DNA of 63,480 nt, filler included, from Stramenopiles sp. TOSAG23-2 (GCA_900128395.1; 9 parts of 9 records of this genome joined end to end with filler, not necessarily neighbours in it); one strand, 5' to 3'; shown: positions 45,142 through 59,747, counted from the whole stretch's first letter. Program-made: numbers and translations. Notes: generated by a model from the letters alone, not told the origin.

Positions 45142-47451
45142 GGAAATAAAAATAGTCGAAAAAAAAAGAAATCCTCCTCCTCAAGTACAATAAAAAAATC
45201 AATAAATTATATTAAACAACAAAAAATTGGTGAGGGTAAATATGGGCGTGTATTTCGTGGTTTACGAGAAACAGATCAATCTGAAGTTGCTATGAAATAT
45301 TTGGACTTTTCAAAATTACCAGAAGGAAAGATAAAAACACAAGTTGAACGTACATTAAGTGAATTAGATGCTATGAAACGTTTAGGGAAGGATGATAATA
45401 TTGTTGAATTATTTGATACAAGACTTGAAAATACATCTATCATTATTGTAATGGAATTTTGTCCAAATGGTAATTTCCGAGATATACTGCGCAAAGAAGC
45501 GCCTATTGGCGATATTAATAAAATACACCAATATTTGTTTGACATCGTATCAGGTTTAAGAGCCCTACGAGTTGCTTCCATCGTTCATCGAGATTTAAAA
45601 CCTGAAAATATCTTATTAGCCAAAAATGGAAAATTAAAATTATGTGATTTTGGTATGGCACGTCAATTGGATGGATATAATGCAAACCGAATATGCGGAA
45701 CATTATTGTACATAGCACCAGAAGTTATCAAACGGAAAAAATATTCCCATACGATTGATTTGTGGGCATTAGGTATAATTTTGTATGAAATGTTGGTAAA
45801 CGATCACCCTTTCTTATCGCGTGATATCGGCATTGATTCATTTGCTCAACCAAAAGAAATTGCAAGAATTAATTTAACATTAATTAAAAGCAAAAGGCAA
45901 TCAAATGGTGAGACGAAAATTACATTTCCTGTACTGCCAGATGAAGTTCTTAATGCAAGAAATTTGATTTGTCGATTGTTACAAGAAAAACCTGAAAATC
46001 GCCTTCAATATAATAAATTATTTAAAGCATTAAATATCCCAGAGATTGATCCAAATGAAACGGAACGTTCGTTTACAATAGATAATAATGATATGGATGA
46101 GGAGAAAGGTGATAATAATAATAATAACAGCAACAACGACAACAACAACAACAACAATGGCAACAATCGAAATTCATCTCATGCTGCTGCTGATAAACGT
46201 AAGGAAAGAATTAAACGTAGTATGACATTAGATCGTGGAGGTAAATTGGCAAGGGTGGTAGATACGTCAAAAATGGCATCATGGGGTCCACAATGCACAT
46301 ATCTTCAATCAATGAAAATATCAGATATTGAACAAGGTCGGCCTGAATTAATAACATTAAATGCTGATATTACCTGTCAAGATGCAATTGCAATTTTACA
46401 TGAAAATCATATATCCTCCGCTCCTGTCATCGATTCAAATGGGAATACCAATGGTTTTGTAGACAATGCAGATTTAGTAACACATTTATTAGATGCAATG
46501 CAAAGCAAAGAACAAAATTTATTACGTGGTTTTATAGTACCAAGTAAAAGAATAGTAAATTATGGAAAATCAAAAGCATTTGAAAATGCACCATTTTCTG
46601 TATCTGAAGAAAGCAATTTATTATCAGCTATGTTACATATGGGTAGTGGTGTTAAACGATTTGCGGTGACAGATAAAAATAATGAATTTGTCACTGTTAT
46701 TAGCCAAAGTTCCATCAATTCGTATTTATTGAAAAAAATAAAGCAATTACAATCCAACAATGGTAGTAATAATAATAATAATAATAATAATATTGATAAT
46801 GATGATGATAATAATAATAACAATAAAAGCATTATTTCTAAAAATGATATGATGATACAAATGAAAGAAAATGCATTACAAAAAATGGGTGCTTCTCTAT
46901 TACAAATTATTGCAATGTCAATTGAAAAATTAAATTTAATCCCATCAGACCGCGAAATGATTGTATCAGAATCAAATTTAAATGCCGCAAATGCGTTTTT
47001 ACGTATATCTGAAAACAACATATCTGCCATACCGATTGTTAATGAGAAAGGAAAAATGGTAAATGTACTTTCAACAAGTGATATTGCTTTATTGGCATTT
47101 CTTGATTTAGAAAACGGCAGAAATAAAACGGATTTAAATGAAAATAGTCCAGCACAAGAAGCAGCAACAAAAATACAAGTAGCCTTCGATGCATTAAATA
47201 GGATGGATATGTCTGTGTCTGAATATATTGATACTGTAAAAACACATAAAAATCGAGATAAAAATTTACCGAAAAAAGGTAAATTAATTACGGCTACAAG
47301 AAAAACAACATTATTAGAAGTAATGGAACAAATGGATAAATATCGTGTACATCGTGTATTTGTTGTCGATTCATATTTAAAACCAATTGGTGTTATTTCA
47401 CACACGGATGTGTTGAATACAATTATTACGACTAATCCTGAGAATTTTTAA
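45139..47451 (+). CDS. Ser/Thr protein kinase fused to four CBS domains
   Basis: GEGKYG, VAMK, HRDLKPEN, DFG and YIAPE kinase motifs. C-terminal CBS motifs ISSAPV, VKRFAV, ISAIPIV and VHRVFVVD..GVISHTDVL. The MGNKNS N-terminus may be myristoylated. Confidence 0.9.
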
Positions 47452-48070
47452 AAAAATGTGAAGAAAAGTGCTGATGTGAATCGATGAAATAATGTGCAAA
47501 ATCCAAATAATATATATCTTCTTATTAAATTTGCATTTTTATTCTAGATTTATATATTCTAAACAATCCCTCTTAAATTTTAGGTGCCTGCCGGGCCTGC
47601 GTGTGTGTGTGGTTCTATATTTGCTATTCTGGTTTTTTCTGGTACTATGCGCTACTACAGTATTATTAGTATGTGGGGGAATCCTGGAATTTCCAGCTGT
47701 ACTATTTACCTGCTATTGGACCGTATTCATATCCGCGTAACCGCGTGTGGATGTGTGGATAAATGATAAATAATGAAGAGTAAATTCAATAAATGAATAA
47801 CAAAACAATGCGTATGTGTGTGTGTTTGTAGAAAGGAAACCTCTGTATATAAGTCAATAATAATAATCATAATTATAAACATACAAGAATTTAAGTTTAT
47901 TACGATTGTAAGATTATAAATTATAAGAATCATTATACATTATATATATATATATAGCACCTACGATATATATAAATATATTTTATTAGAAAATAATCTA
48001 CATGGAAAACATGTTCAAATAATTTATGTACAGAAACACCATTTAATGTTTAAAAGGTTTCGGTAAATGG

Positions 48071-48433
48071 TTGCGTGAAAGCGATGAAAGTGTAGAGTGG
48101 GCTACCAATCCATTGGATACGGAAAAGGTATTGAATATGGGTGATATTGAAATGATGGCTAATAATAATAATAAGAAGAAGGAGGGGATGAGAAAAAAAG
48201 AAGAAGAAGACGAAAAAGATAAAAATACTAGAGCGAGTGATAAATATACTCGTTTCATGATGGAAAATAGCGCATTAAGAGCAGAGATGAAGAGAAAAGA
48301 TGCAGTAATTGAAAAAAACAACTTCGTGATTAAGATAAAAGATGAAGAAATTAAGATAAAAGATGAAGAAATTAAGATAAAAGATGAAGAAATTAAGAGG
48401 TTGAAAATATTGTTACTTGAAGTGCAAAGTTGA
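48071..48433 (+). CDS. Small coiled-coil protein with a 21-bp coding repeat
   Basis: Repeated IKIKDEE heptads. The first ATG is at 48137, and a diverged partial copy lies at about 48517-48590. Confidence 0.4.
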   Translation: MRESDESVEWATNPLDTEKVLNMGDIEMMANNNNKKKEGMRKKEEEDEKDKNTRASDKYTRFMMENSALRAEMKRKDAVIEKNNFVIKIKDEEIKIKDEEIKIKDEEIKRLKILLLEVQS

Positions 48434-48886
48434 TGCAAAAAAGATAAGTTTAAACGTGATCCAAAAATAAAAAAAATGTGTCAAAAAAAATGATATTACT
48501 ATCATACGATAATGCTAGTGATAAATACTCGTTTCATGATGGAAAATAGTGCATTAATCAAGCAATTAAGAGCAGAAATGAAGAGAAAAAGTTTTAAACG
48601 GAATTAGTACGAATAAGCAGTTTGTTGAAAATGATTTTACATGGAAACAATTAATCCCAACTAATTATTTAACCAAAAAAAGATCGATGCACGCGGGGCG
48701 TGGTAAAAAAAGTATGCCATTAAAATTTAAAAAGTGTTTATTTTTATACGGCGATATTATTGTTTGCAAAATACAAAACCCCTTAAAATATTTTCAAACT
48801 CATGCACGTCATATATGATATACTGTATACTACAGTATACTATCACTTTATTAAAAATATATTAGTGTAAAAAAAATGACTTTTTT

Positions 48887-51800
48887 TTACCCTCTAAACC
48901 CAGCAAATGCTTTACCAGCAGTTTTTTTTGCCAATCGCTGAATTAATGGTTCATATCGTACTCGCCAATTAATTAAATAACTTCTTGTTTCAGATGGTTT
49001 AATCAAATCATGTACTCCAAAGGATTCACTTCCAGGAAATGGACTGTGGGGCGTAGTGTGTATGATGAAAGAGCGATGTGTTAGAGAGGGTGTCTTTTTA
49101 TCGGTTATGGGAAGTAGAATTTAGATACTTACTTCAATCCTTTTGAAAATTGCGCCTCGAGCTCCTTTCGTCTTTGTTCCGGATTTGGATGATTAGCAAG
49201 TTCACGCTTATATGCCACTGCTATTCCACTTTCAACAGGTAAAGTACCTGTTTCTACGCTAGGCCATGATAAAACATAATTGCTTGGAGCAAAATGCGCA
49301 GCAGCCGCTACACCATATGATTTTCTGCATAACAATGTACACCATGGATAAGGATACGTTTGTGATGTTAATACAGCTTTTGTACCACGTCTAATTGTAC
49401 CAGCTTTTTCAGCTTCGATACCAATCATAAACCCGGGTTCATCTACAAGGGCTATAATGGGTACATGAAATGTTTGACAAACTTCCATGAAACGTACTAC
49501 TTTGTCCGATGCATCAGCTGTCATTGCACCACCTAATACTCTGTTGTCATTTGCATATATCCCTGTTACATGTCCATTAATTCTAGCAAATCCTGTGATT
49601 TGAGTTCCACCGAAGGCCACGGTCCCAATTTCAAAAAATGAGCCATGATCTACTATCAAACTTATTAATTGTCGCATATCGTATGTTTGTCTACGATCAC
49701 GTGGTATGATTGTATTTAATACCATTGCTCGTTTCTCCTCCATGTCCACGTCCGTTTTATATGGGATGTATGGTGGCGTGCTATGTACATTCGATGGTAA
49801 ATAACTTAAAAATGTTCTTATTTGACGCATAGCATCTTCTTCATCTTCAGCAAAATTATCAACAATACCTGAGGTATCATGAATTTGTATACCTCCAAGT
49901 TCTTCCTTGGTCGTCTCATAACCTAATGCACGAGTCACAACAGTTGCACCAGCAGTCAAAACATATGCAGATTTGACCATGACAGCAAAATGAGATGCAA
50001 CAAATCGAGATGCAGGTAAACCAGCTACACTGCCCATAGCAGCGGTACATACAGGTATAGTTTGTAAACATTTTGCAACTGTACTAAATCTTGGAGTGCC
50101 ATAAACAGTAGGTCCAGCACTTTTTGCACCTTTTTTACGACGATTATCTGCACCTGCAGGCGATCCACCCGCACCTTCATGTAATCGAACTAATGGCTGT
50201 TCCAACTCCAATGCTAATGTTTCAGTATATATACTTTTCCGTAATCCAGCTAAATTTGGACTTCCGCCAGACATAGTAAAGTCTTCCCCACATGCTATAA
50301 TTGGTCTACCATCTACAAAACCAGTACCAATTATAAAATTACCTGGGGTAAAAGAAATTAATTTCCCATTTTCATCTTTTTCACTACCACCTGCAATCCT
50401 TCCAATTTCATGAAAGGAATTTTGATCGAGCAATATATTGATGCGTTCTCTGACTGTTAAACGTCCTTTTGCATGATGTGCAGCTATTTTTTCTTCACCA
50501 CTACCAGCCAATGCAAATTCTCTTCGTTTTTCAATTTCATTCATGTAATCGGACCATCCTTCATCTTCTTCCTCTGCCATTCCTTCACCAACTGATTGTA
50601 AGCGTATAATAGCAATTTCATCACCAGGATTAATATTTACGCCTTCTTTAAAATCTTCTTGTAATGCAACAATGACACCTTCTTTTGGTGAGCGTATAAC
50701 AGTCTCCATTTTCATACTAACAACTGAAATCAAACGATCTCCTTCTTTGACACCATCACCAACTGCAACATGATATTTAATAACATTTCCTGAAATTTCC
50801 ATTACAACCGCAAAATCACCCGGTGTTTTATCATTAAATGCTATTAATTTTGCATTTGCATTATCTTCATCGTTTATGCCCCCATCTGAAAATTTACTAG
50901 ATTGTTCATCTAATAAGGTCAATATACTATTTTTGTTGCTACTGCTTTGATTAGACATGATATCTGGAAATTCTGTTAAAAACGTCGTTCGTGCTTCACC
51001 ATTTTGAAAGACACTATTATCCGTAATTTTAATCAAAGATTCTAAATTAGTTGGTAATCCACTGACATGAAATTCTTCCAATGCAGCTTTTAATTTAGCA
51101 ACTACTTGATCAAATGTTTTGTTATTGTTATTATTAAACACGACTAGCTTTGCAAATAATGGATCATAAAATGGTGGTGGTTTTAATCCTAAATAACCAC
51201 ATCCATCAACACGGATACCAATTCCACTTGGTTGATTGTAACCTTTTATCGTTCCTTCACCAGTTGCAACTACACGTGCCTGTATTGCAAACCCATTTGC
51301 TTGGATATTGCTATTCATTAATCCTAACGTTTCTAATGATTTACCAGCTGCAATTAAAAATTGTGTTTCTACTAAATCAATCCCAGTAACTTGCTCCGTA
51401 ACAGTATGTTCTACTTGGATACGAGGATTACATTCAATGAAATAATATTCATTTTTTTCTGGCGAGTATAAAAATTCGACAGTACCAGCATTTTCATACT
51501 TTGCTGCTTTTACAAGTTTAATAGCATCTGCATACATATTTTTACGTGTTTGTTTAGACAAATTAGGCGCAGGAGCAATTTCCATTACTTTTTGATTGCG
51601 TAATTGTACGGAACAATCTCGTTCAAATAAATGTATCGTATTTCCTTTTGAATCTGCTAATATTTGTATTTCAATATGCCTAGGCCGTTGTACATATTGT
51701 TCAACAAACATATCCCCATTTCCAAATGCATTTAATGCTTCTTTTTGACAAGATTCAAATGCTGGTATAATATCATCTGCATTATCAACAATACGCATAC

Positions 51801-52292
51801 CTCTACCACCACCACCATTACTTGCTTTTAACATAACCGGATAAGTCATACCTATGTTATTATTAGCAACAAAATATTGAACATCCTGCCCAGTTGCAAA
51901 TACGGTTGTTGATCCTGGTACAACTGGTACATTTGCATTGATTGCTAATTTTCTTGCTTCTACTTTTGAACCAAATAATGCAATAGTCGTTGACGTTGGC
52001 CCAATAAATTTTATATTATTATCTTCACAACGTTTAACAAATTCATCATTTTCAGATAGAAAACCATAACCAGGATGGATACAGTCACAATTATGTTTTT
52101 TCGCTGCGTTAATAATTGCCTCAATAGATAAATATTTTTGAACTGGATCTGAAATAGATTGCCCTATTTCTACATTTTCAGATGTAACCCGAGAATGCAA
52201 TGCTTTTGAATCTTGCTCTGATGAGACAGAAACAGACGGAATATTCAGACCAGCAGCTGCTTTTGCAATACGTATTGCAATTTCCCCACGAT
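48887..52292 (-). CDS. Single-chain biotin-dependent acyl-CoA carboxylase (BC-BCCP-CT), 5'-truncated, one intron
   Basis: RGEIAIRI at the contig edge, HPGYGFLSEN, GGGGRGMR, ERDCSVQ, NPRIQVEH, biotinyl site SMKME, then CT domains. The spliced last exon reads NPFPGSESFGVHDLIKPSETR..FRG*. Confidence 0.92.
49044..49132 (-). other. Spliceosomal (U2-type) intron, 89 nt
   Basis: GTAAGT donor, CTCTCTAACA branch point and CACAG acceptor. Removal restores the conserved CT C-terminus in frame. Confidence 0.9.
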
Positions 52293-52392
52293 NNNNNNNN
52301 NNNNNNNNNNNNNNNNNNNNNNNNNNNNNNNNNNNNTTAATTAATTAANNNNNNNNNNNNNNNNNNNNNNNNNNNNNNNNNNNNNNNNNNNN
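52293..52392. other. Artificial contig spacer
   Basis: N44-TTAATTAATTAA-N44. Confidence 0.98.
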
Positions 52393-52547
52393 AAAAACAA
52401 TAACTTCAACTTTTTTAAGTCTTTTAAAAAGACCACTTCAGCTATATCATCTGAATCACTTGTATATGCGAAAACGATTTGAACAAGGATTATCAGATAA
52501 AAACAATAACTTCAACTTTTTTAAGTCTTTTAAAAAGACCACTTCAG

Positions 52548-55500
52548 CTATATCATCTTTCCAACACCACTCACAGTTTTACATCGTATCACTTGGTTGC
52601 CTAAGCAATAAGTTGCATCACAAAAGTCAGCATCAATTGAACATCCAGTAGCTGTATAATCCAAATTATTAGCATCGGGGCCATATTTCACAACAGGCGT
52701 TGGTTTTGAAACACTAGTCATTTTCGTAACTTTAGCTTTTGTAGGACCAAAATTACTTCCAACAATAATAATATCATCACCTCCTGGCGTTTCTAAACTA
52801 TTATACAATGTACCATTTGTTGATGCCGATGAAATATCATTTATATCTTGGATACTGATAATAAAATTACTAACAGTGGCTGATAGTGAAGCTTCTCCTG
52901 CAACACCATTACCTTGATCATGCACCGTAATGGATAATTTATACTTTTCACAATTTTCAAAATCCAATGGAGTAGAATCAAGTTTTAAAACCGTTGTACC
53001 TGTATCAATAGCAAACATTCTTGGATTTGTGGCCTCATCTACATCATATACGCAATCTTCACTATTAATGGTATAATTAAAATTGAAAATTTCAACTCTG
53101 ATAAAGTCAATATTGGCGGTTCATTTCTGTCTTTCACTGTTAAAGTAACATCTGTTGAAACATTATTACTACCTGAGTCAGTCACAGTAATGGTAAATAT
53201 GACACTACTAATCTCCTCGAAATTTAAGGATGCTCCTAATTGAAGTTTTACTTGGTCGTAATTTTCATTTATGAAACTTGACGCGCTAAAATCGGTTGTT
53301 TTAAGTTTATTAGTCGTCAAAATAGTAGCATCGGTAACCGCATTTCCACTTTTTTTAGCAACTATTGCAGTGACTGCATATGAACATTTGCTAGATGCAA
53401 TTCCACACTTTGGTCTATTTGCGTTCACATTACCCCAGTTACTAACCGTCGTCTCATATCGATCACTCGTATCTACATCTAACGCAATAAATTCATTATT
53501 TTGTCCATTTGCTGTAATTTCCAATTGATGGCTTGCTCCAGCATTTTCCCATGCAGATGCTGTGTATGGATAAAGTGTATTTTTAAACACTGGTGCTTCG
53601 TTTTTATTTTTAATGATCACATATAAATAACTCGTAACAACCGATACCCCATCTGTAATATCAATCTCTACTGTAACATTTGCAACTGCATTTGCATTCC
53701 ATGCATAACCACCCCTTTCATAATCAATACCACTAGTAGTTAATTTGATCTGTCCACTCGAAGCATCGATTGAAAATGGTACATTTGGAGACAGAATGAC
53801 AGATGTTGAATCTCCCATATTCGAAGCACTATTACCAGTAATTTTGCCATTTGTATAAATTAGTGTATCACCAGTATTTGTTGGGATTACAGCTGCTATT
53901 GGTCTGAAAGTAATGGTACTATCTGTATCAATTGCAGTAACAGTAAAAATAGCAGTATTTGATACTGTTGTCTCATCAATATCTATAGTTGCTGGTAGAT
54001 TATTGAAATATGGCACAGAATTATGTTTTATAATTTTGATATATGCATAGACACTAGCTGCAGAAGTTTTTGGTTCTGTTGCTTGATTGTTTCTTATTTG
54101 GACTTCAATTCTGAAACCTCCATTTTTATTTCGAAGTTCAGGGCAATTTGTTGTAATTGCAGCTTGATCTGCATAGCTGCTTTTCACAGATATAACACCA
54201 GTATTGGCATCAATTTCAAAACATTCCTTCGTAGTAGCCCAACCACCAAGTGAAGATGTGTTGGCTTCATATTTTTGCGATACGATCTGATACACAAATT
54301 GGTAATTTGTATTTGCAACATTATTAAGAATAGCAGCATCTTCATCTTTTTTCAAATCGTCAGTTGGTGTATATAAATTAGTCAATTTAACCGTCTTTGT
54401 ACCACCTTTGCATCCAACTGCACTACTTGGACTGTTTGTACAAGTGCTTGCCTCGTCATGTTCAATAATAGTTAACCAAGAATCTTGATCACTTAGAACA
54501 GTTGTAGTGTTCAGAGTCGGTGGATCATTCATATCGTTTAACGCAACGGATACTTCAGAATTGCCTGAGTTCATACCTGGATCAGTGACATTAAATCCGA
54601 CAACATAAGATTGACTCTCTTCATAATTTAGTCTAGATGTACTTGCTACTTTCAATAAACCACCTGTAGCACTATCTAATTCAAATTGAGTTACAGTACC
54701 AGTGGTATTGTCTTCACCAGAATATGTATAACCACTTATTAAACTGAATGTCAATGTCTGACTTTCTGGATCTTTAGTTATAGCTTTTAAATCTTGTATT
54801 GTTCCACTGTAATATGATGTATCGCTTGTAGTTTCGTTTATACTTTGTACATATGGTGATTGTGTAAACATCTCAGTAAAATATGGATCTTCATCTACAT
54901 TTGTTATTGTTAATGTAAAATCAGTTGTGACGGTTGTTCCCCTATCCATATCATCACTAACTTTAACAGTAAATTGTAAAGCGTTGACGTTCGCATTGCA
55001 ACCAATATTACTCGTTGAGTCAGCTGTAATATCTAGGTACGTATTGGCTTTTAGTGTTATTACACCTGTGAATGCATTTATGTTGAAACATCCGTAAGTA
55101 CCAGTATGGAAAGCAAAACTTTTGACTGATGATGATTCCGGGTCAGTATAATTGTAATCACTAGTATCAACAACAACAGTTCCGGCTACAGTTCCTGCTT
55201 TTGATGTATCAACTTCCCATACTTCATTTCCAGCACTTGTTGAACCACTAACTTTACGCAGAGGTGTTTCCGCTATAGATTTTGCAACTGTAGGTGCAAC
55301 TTCAGGCGGTTCATTTACATCAAGTACATTCACTGTCACAGTACCTATGACGTTTTTTGCATCTTTACAATTTGCGGTAGTACAATCTGCTGAATTAGGT
55401 AATCCATTATCAGTTACAGTGACACTTACAGTCCTAGTTTTAGTACTTGATGCCTCATAATCAAGATTTGCTGTTGTTTTCAATTGACAAGCGCATAAAC

Positions 55501-58500
55501 CACCGGTACATGATGTTATAGCATTCCATCCTGGCGTAGTTGTAGTATATGTCAATGTATTAGCAGTACTACCAGTATCATCTTGATCTGATGCATAAAA
55601 TATACCACTAATATTTCCTTGGTAATTTTCTGCAACAGTAAGTGTTGGTATATTCGTTGGAAATGTTGGTGGATCATTAACATCTCTTAATTTCAATTGA
55701 AATTGCTTTTTCACTTCAAATTCAGGATCTTGTACAGTTACTTCAAGCGAAAACGAATTTGATGGTAAATACGTTAACGAAGCTGCTGGAAGATTGGTTG
55801 TAAATTGTCCATTCATAACATCAAATGGTGCTAACGCTACTGTACCAGATGTCCCAACTACTAAACTTGGTAATGAAGTGCCATCAAAACCGTTTAATGT
55901 AAACGTTTGACTGTCTACAACAGTAATTTCATATGTTGAGCTTACATATGCGTTATTTACTTTTAAACGATAATCGCTATTAATTTCAACCATACCACTC
56001 ACTCCTGAAAATGATACACGATCCCCAGTTTTGAACGAGTTTGTAGATGTAATTACCTTTGCTGGATTTGTACGTTGCACAGATGATACTGATACTGTTG
56101 GGCATGATAAACATAGAATTGACCAGCGAAGAGGGTCATTATCCAAATCAGATGCTTGATTTGCTACATTTGCAACAGGTGTGTTGTATGCCACTTGCTC
56201 GTCAATATAGCATGGATCGTTTGGACCAGTACATTCAACTGCCGTGTAGTTAAATTCTGGTGGATCATTTACATCAATAATACGTATTGGCAAACAAAAT
56301 CCATTTTTGGCATCGCAATTATTCTTAAATGTTGTACTACCACAATTTGTATTTACGCTTGTGTACGTTGGCGAAGGGGCGCATTTTGATGTATACAAAG
56401 ACTCCGTTCGATCTCCAAAAAAACTTGGATCATCACATGCACTAATACATAAATAATGTACAGTATTATCAATATAATTCAGCATTGGAGTTGATTTTTT
56501 AACATAAACATCACCAGAACATTTTGAAACACCAAATGTTTCATTTGATATTGTCGGATAAGCAAACTCAAGAGAGTAAAATACGTCTTGTCCAACATCA
56601 GGATCACTAGTAAGCGCTGATGTCACAACATCTCCCATAGAATATTTACCATCGCTACCAAGAACAGCCGCGCGATTAGCACGACTACCTACAGATGAGC
56701 GTTCATATATTGCACGATCTACTAGACCAAGTGGAATGTAAGATGGCGCATCATTTACATTAGTGACTTCAATTACTAAAGTGCATGTGCCAGTTGGATT
56801 AGGTGAAACTGTACTATCTGTTGCCGTTATCGTCAAACTATATTTCGTACATGTTATAGTATCCAATGCTTGGTTACTTTTGACAAAACCACTTACCATA
56901 TTAAAATGATTAGTAGTTGTATCTTTCAATGTGCCTTGTAAACATGTCTCCGTTGATTTTGTAAAACCGCCATCAGGAATATTACCATCATTAATGTTTC
57001 GTGCCCGAACATCAAAATTTGTTTCAACCCACGTACCAGATGAATCACGTCCCATCACTTGCGCATCATTTGATTTCTCTGGTATTTGACCACTACCTTC
57101 GCCCACTTTTGGATCAAGTTGATTTTTTATTTTGCATATTCCCAGACCATTACTGTCTTGCCATTTCACTGATTTAGCTTCACCATTTTGACATGAATAT
57201 CCTGCTGGACAGTCCGCTTGGGCCTCTCTCACGTTTGTTGCACAATTGGCTCCATTTGGAGATGTAGGTGGGCATACTGTAATCTTGTTTGCATCCACAG
57301 TTATTGCAGTAGCTCCAGTACCTTCAGGGCAATAATATTTTTGTGGGTCATTACCAGTACCACAAGTTGCCGCAGTTGCTTTATTACTGCCTTCAGCACA
57401 TCGATAACCAGCTTGGCATGGTAAACATTGGGAATTATAATTAGCATTGTTTGGATCTGTAATACCACCAGCATGTTTGATTCCAGTTGTAGATCCATAT
57501 TTACCAGCTGGACATGGGTGGTACCAACCATCACAATTAGCACCATTGCATGTACCACCTAAGCAATAATTTGGAGGATTGCATGGAGTTTGCGTATCGC
57601 GTGTCATTACTACATTATCATCTTTTCCACTTCCACTTGAATAAAATCCAGGATCAATAAATAATGGCGTTGTACTACCAGATGGGCAATAGCATGTAGA
57701 AGATTTAACATTAACGTTTTGTTCACATCCTGAGCCTTGTCCACATAAATGTTTACATCTTGAATCTTTTAATGTACTTGAAGTCCATGCAGTAGCCGAT
57801 GTACAATCAGTATCTCCACTACCTTGAGGACAAAAGTATCCAGCTGGACATACATGTGGCGTTGCCGATGTACTTCCAGCAGCACCATAATGCCCAGCAG
57901 TAATTTCCAATTGTGGTGGATTGCTAGTTGGTGTACCACCATAAGCGTGCGTATTCAATACATTGCTTGGGCAATAAAATCCTTTTTTACATTCACCCTT
58001 GCATTGACTGTCCGACATTGCATCTTCATCCCCATATCGTCCAGCAGGACATGCTTGGCAATAATCTGCAGTATCACGATTTGGATATTGGTTTTCGTCA
58101 CCAAATTTACCTTTTGGACATGCAGTACACGCAGCTTGCCCAGATGTTCCTTTTTGTATATTTGCATTTGCATGTATAGAATAATATCCAGCTGGGCAAG
58201 GCTTGCAATAGCTTGCACTTGATGTATCAGACCATGCGGTTGAAGGAGAAGTGTCTTCCCATGTGCCTTTCGGGCATCCGTATTGAACCGTATACTCTTT
58301 ATCAACCCATACACCTTCACATCCCCAACCTCTAAATGAAACTTTGTTGATAGTTTGTGTGTTTTGGTTTGTCTTATCCATAGCACGTAAACGCACTGGA
58401 AGTAGTTCAAACCATAATCCAGTGAAACCTTGGCCTCCTGAACAATGGCTACGTTTTAAATAGTCGTCTCCTTGACCTAAATATTTTGCAGTGTATGTAT

Positions 58501-58888
58501 CGTAACATTGTTTATCTTGAATTCGAGCTGGACTTCCACCCATATTTTCGTTACCATTATTTGGATAATTACCATAAAAGCTGGAAATAGTATTAGCTGA
58601 GCATGTAGAACCAGTTGTTCCTTCCCTTGTTACTGGCTTTCCATTAATCGTTACAACAAGCCGTTGTTCTTCATAATATCCATACGCATAATAACACCAA
58701 TCGTTTTGGGGATGATATGATGATACCCATACGTAAAAATCATCTGTATACCCCGTGCTTCGAGTATAAATAACTTCTGTATTTGGGATCGAATAACATG
58801 AAGATGCAACGTGAGCATTTAATAATTGTACCTCGTAGGAACATAAATATATTATTATTACAAGAAATAATATGAAATAATTTTGCAT
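52548..58888 (-). CDS. Giant secreted protein: Cys-rich GCC2/ephrin-like repeats, many cadherin repeats and an IPT/TIG domain; frameshift near 53080, 3'-incomplete
   Basis: Signal peptide, CPAGYY/CPKGKF repeats, DVNDPP/NVNDAP/LDYE cadherin motifs, and the TIG-like GGDDIIIVGSNFGP in the downstream frame. Confidence 0.85.
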
Positions 58889-59747
58889 TTTATATTTGCT
58901 TAAAACAACGCGTTGCTAGATTTATTCCTTATACTCAAAGCTATTGCTTTCCATTGCGTTTCATCAAAATATTTAATTCAATGTTCGTGATCAATTTCTT
59001 CTTATTCAATGCATTATCCATAGGCATATTACTGTATCGTTTATAAAATGTTTAATAATAATAAATATATCTTAATAATGATGTGCTTATGTACATAATA
59101 TAAATAGTGCTGGAGTTAGCCAGGTTAGAGTGGTGGTGGTGCTTATCGACTAATTATAATAATAATTTAAATTATTATTTATGATTTATTATAATAAAAG
59201 TAATAAAACCTGGCAACATACTTAAACTTATTATTACTATTATACTTGCCTATCAAAGCATCACAAAAAGTAAATCTAAATCTAAATTAAATCTTTAAAA
59301 GTCTGTCGAAATTTTGATGGGATGAAAGTGGTCTGGTGTCTGGTGGTCAGCCAGGTCAGCGAATTATAATTAATAGAATGTTCTAGTTCTATTTCTAATA
59401 TTACCAAGTATAAATTAAAATAGCAGTGCAATACCTGGTATTTGGTATTCCTTAATACTTAATAGATTGTTAGTGGATTTCAAAACTTAAGTACTACGTA
59501 ATTTAGTATACAGAGTATACTTATATTTGATATTAATAAGAGAGATATTGGATATTACAACAAATCGGATATTCTTAGTATATTCTATCAAAATAACTAT
59601 ATTTGGCTATTTTGGGATTTTTTGTAATACAATACCTCTCTATCAAATATATGCACATATATTAGTACACTAAATTAGTAACTTAAATTAAACCAGTCTA
59701 GTAAGCATGGTAAGAAGCAATCTGGCAATCCAGCAATACCTGCTGTA

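Noticed and set aside
52393-52560. LRR-like fragment (DDIAEVVFLKDLKKLKLLFLSDNP) duplicated at the contig end
   Set aside because: Short, duplicated and out of frame with the cadherin gene, so probably a chimeric contig tip.
53040-53100. Stop/frameshift splitting the cadherin gene
   Set aside because: Part of a cadherin repeat is missing at the junction and no GT-AG intron explains it, so an assembly deletion is likely.
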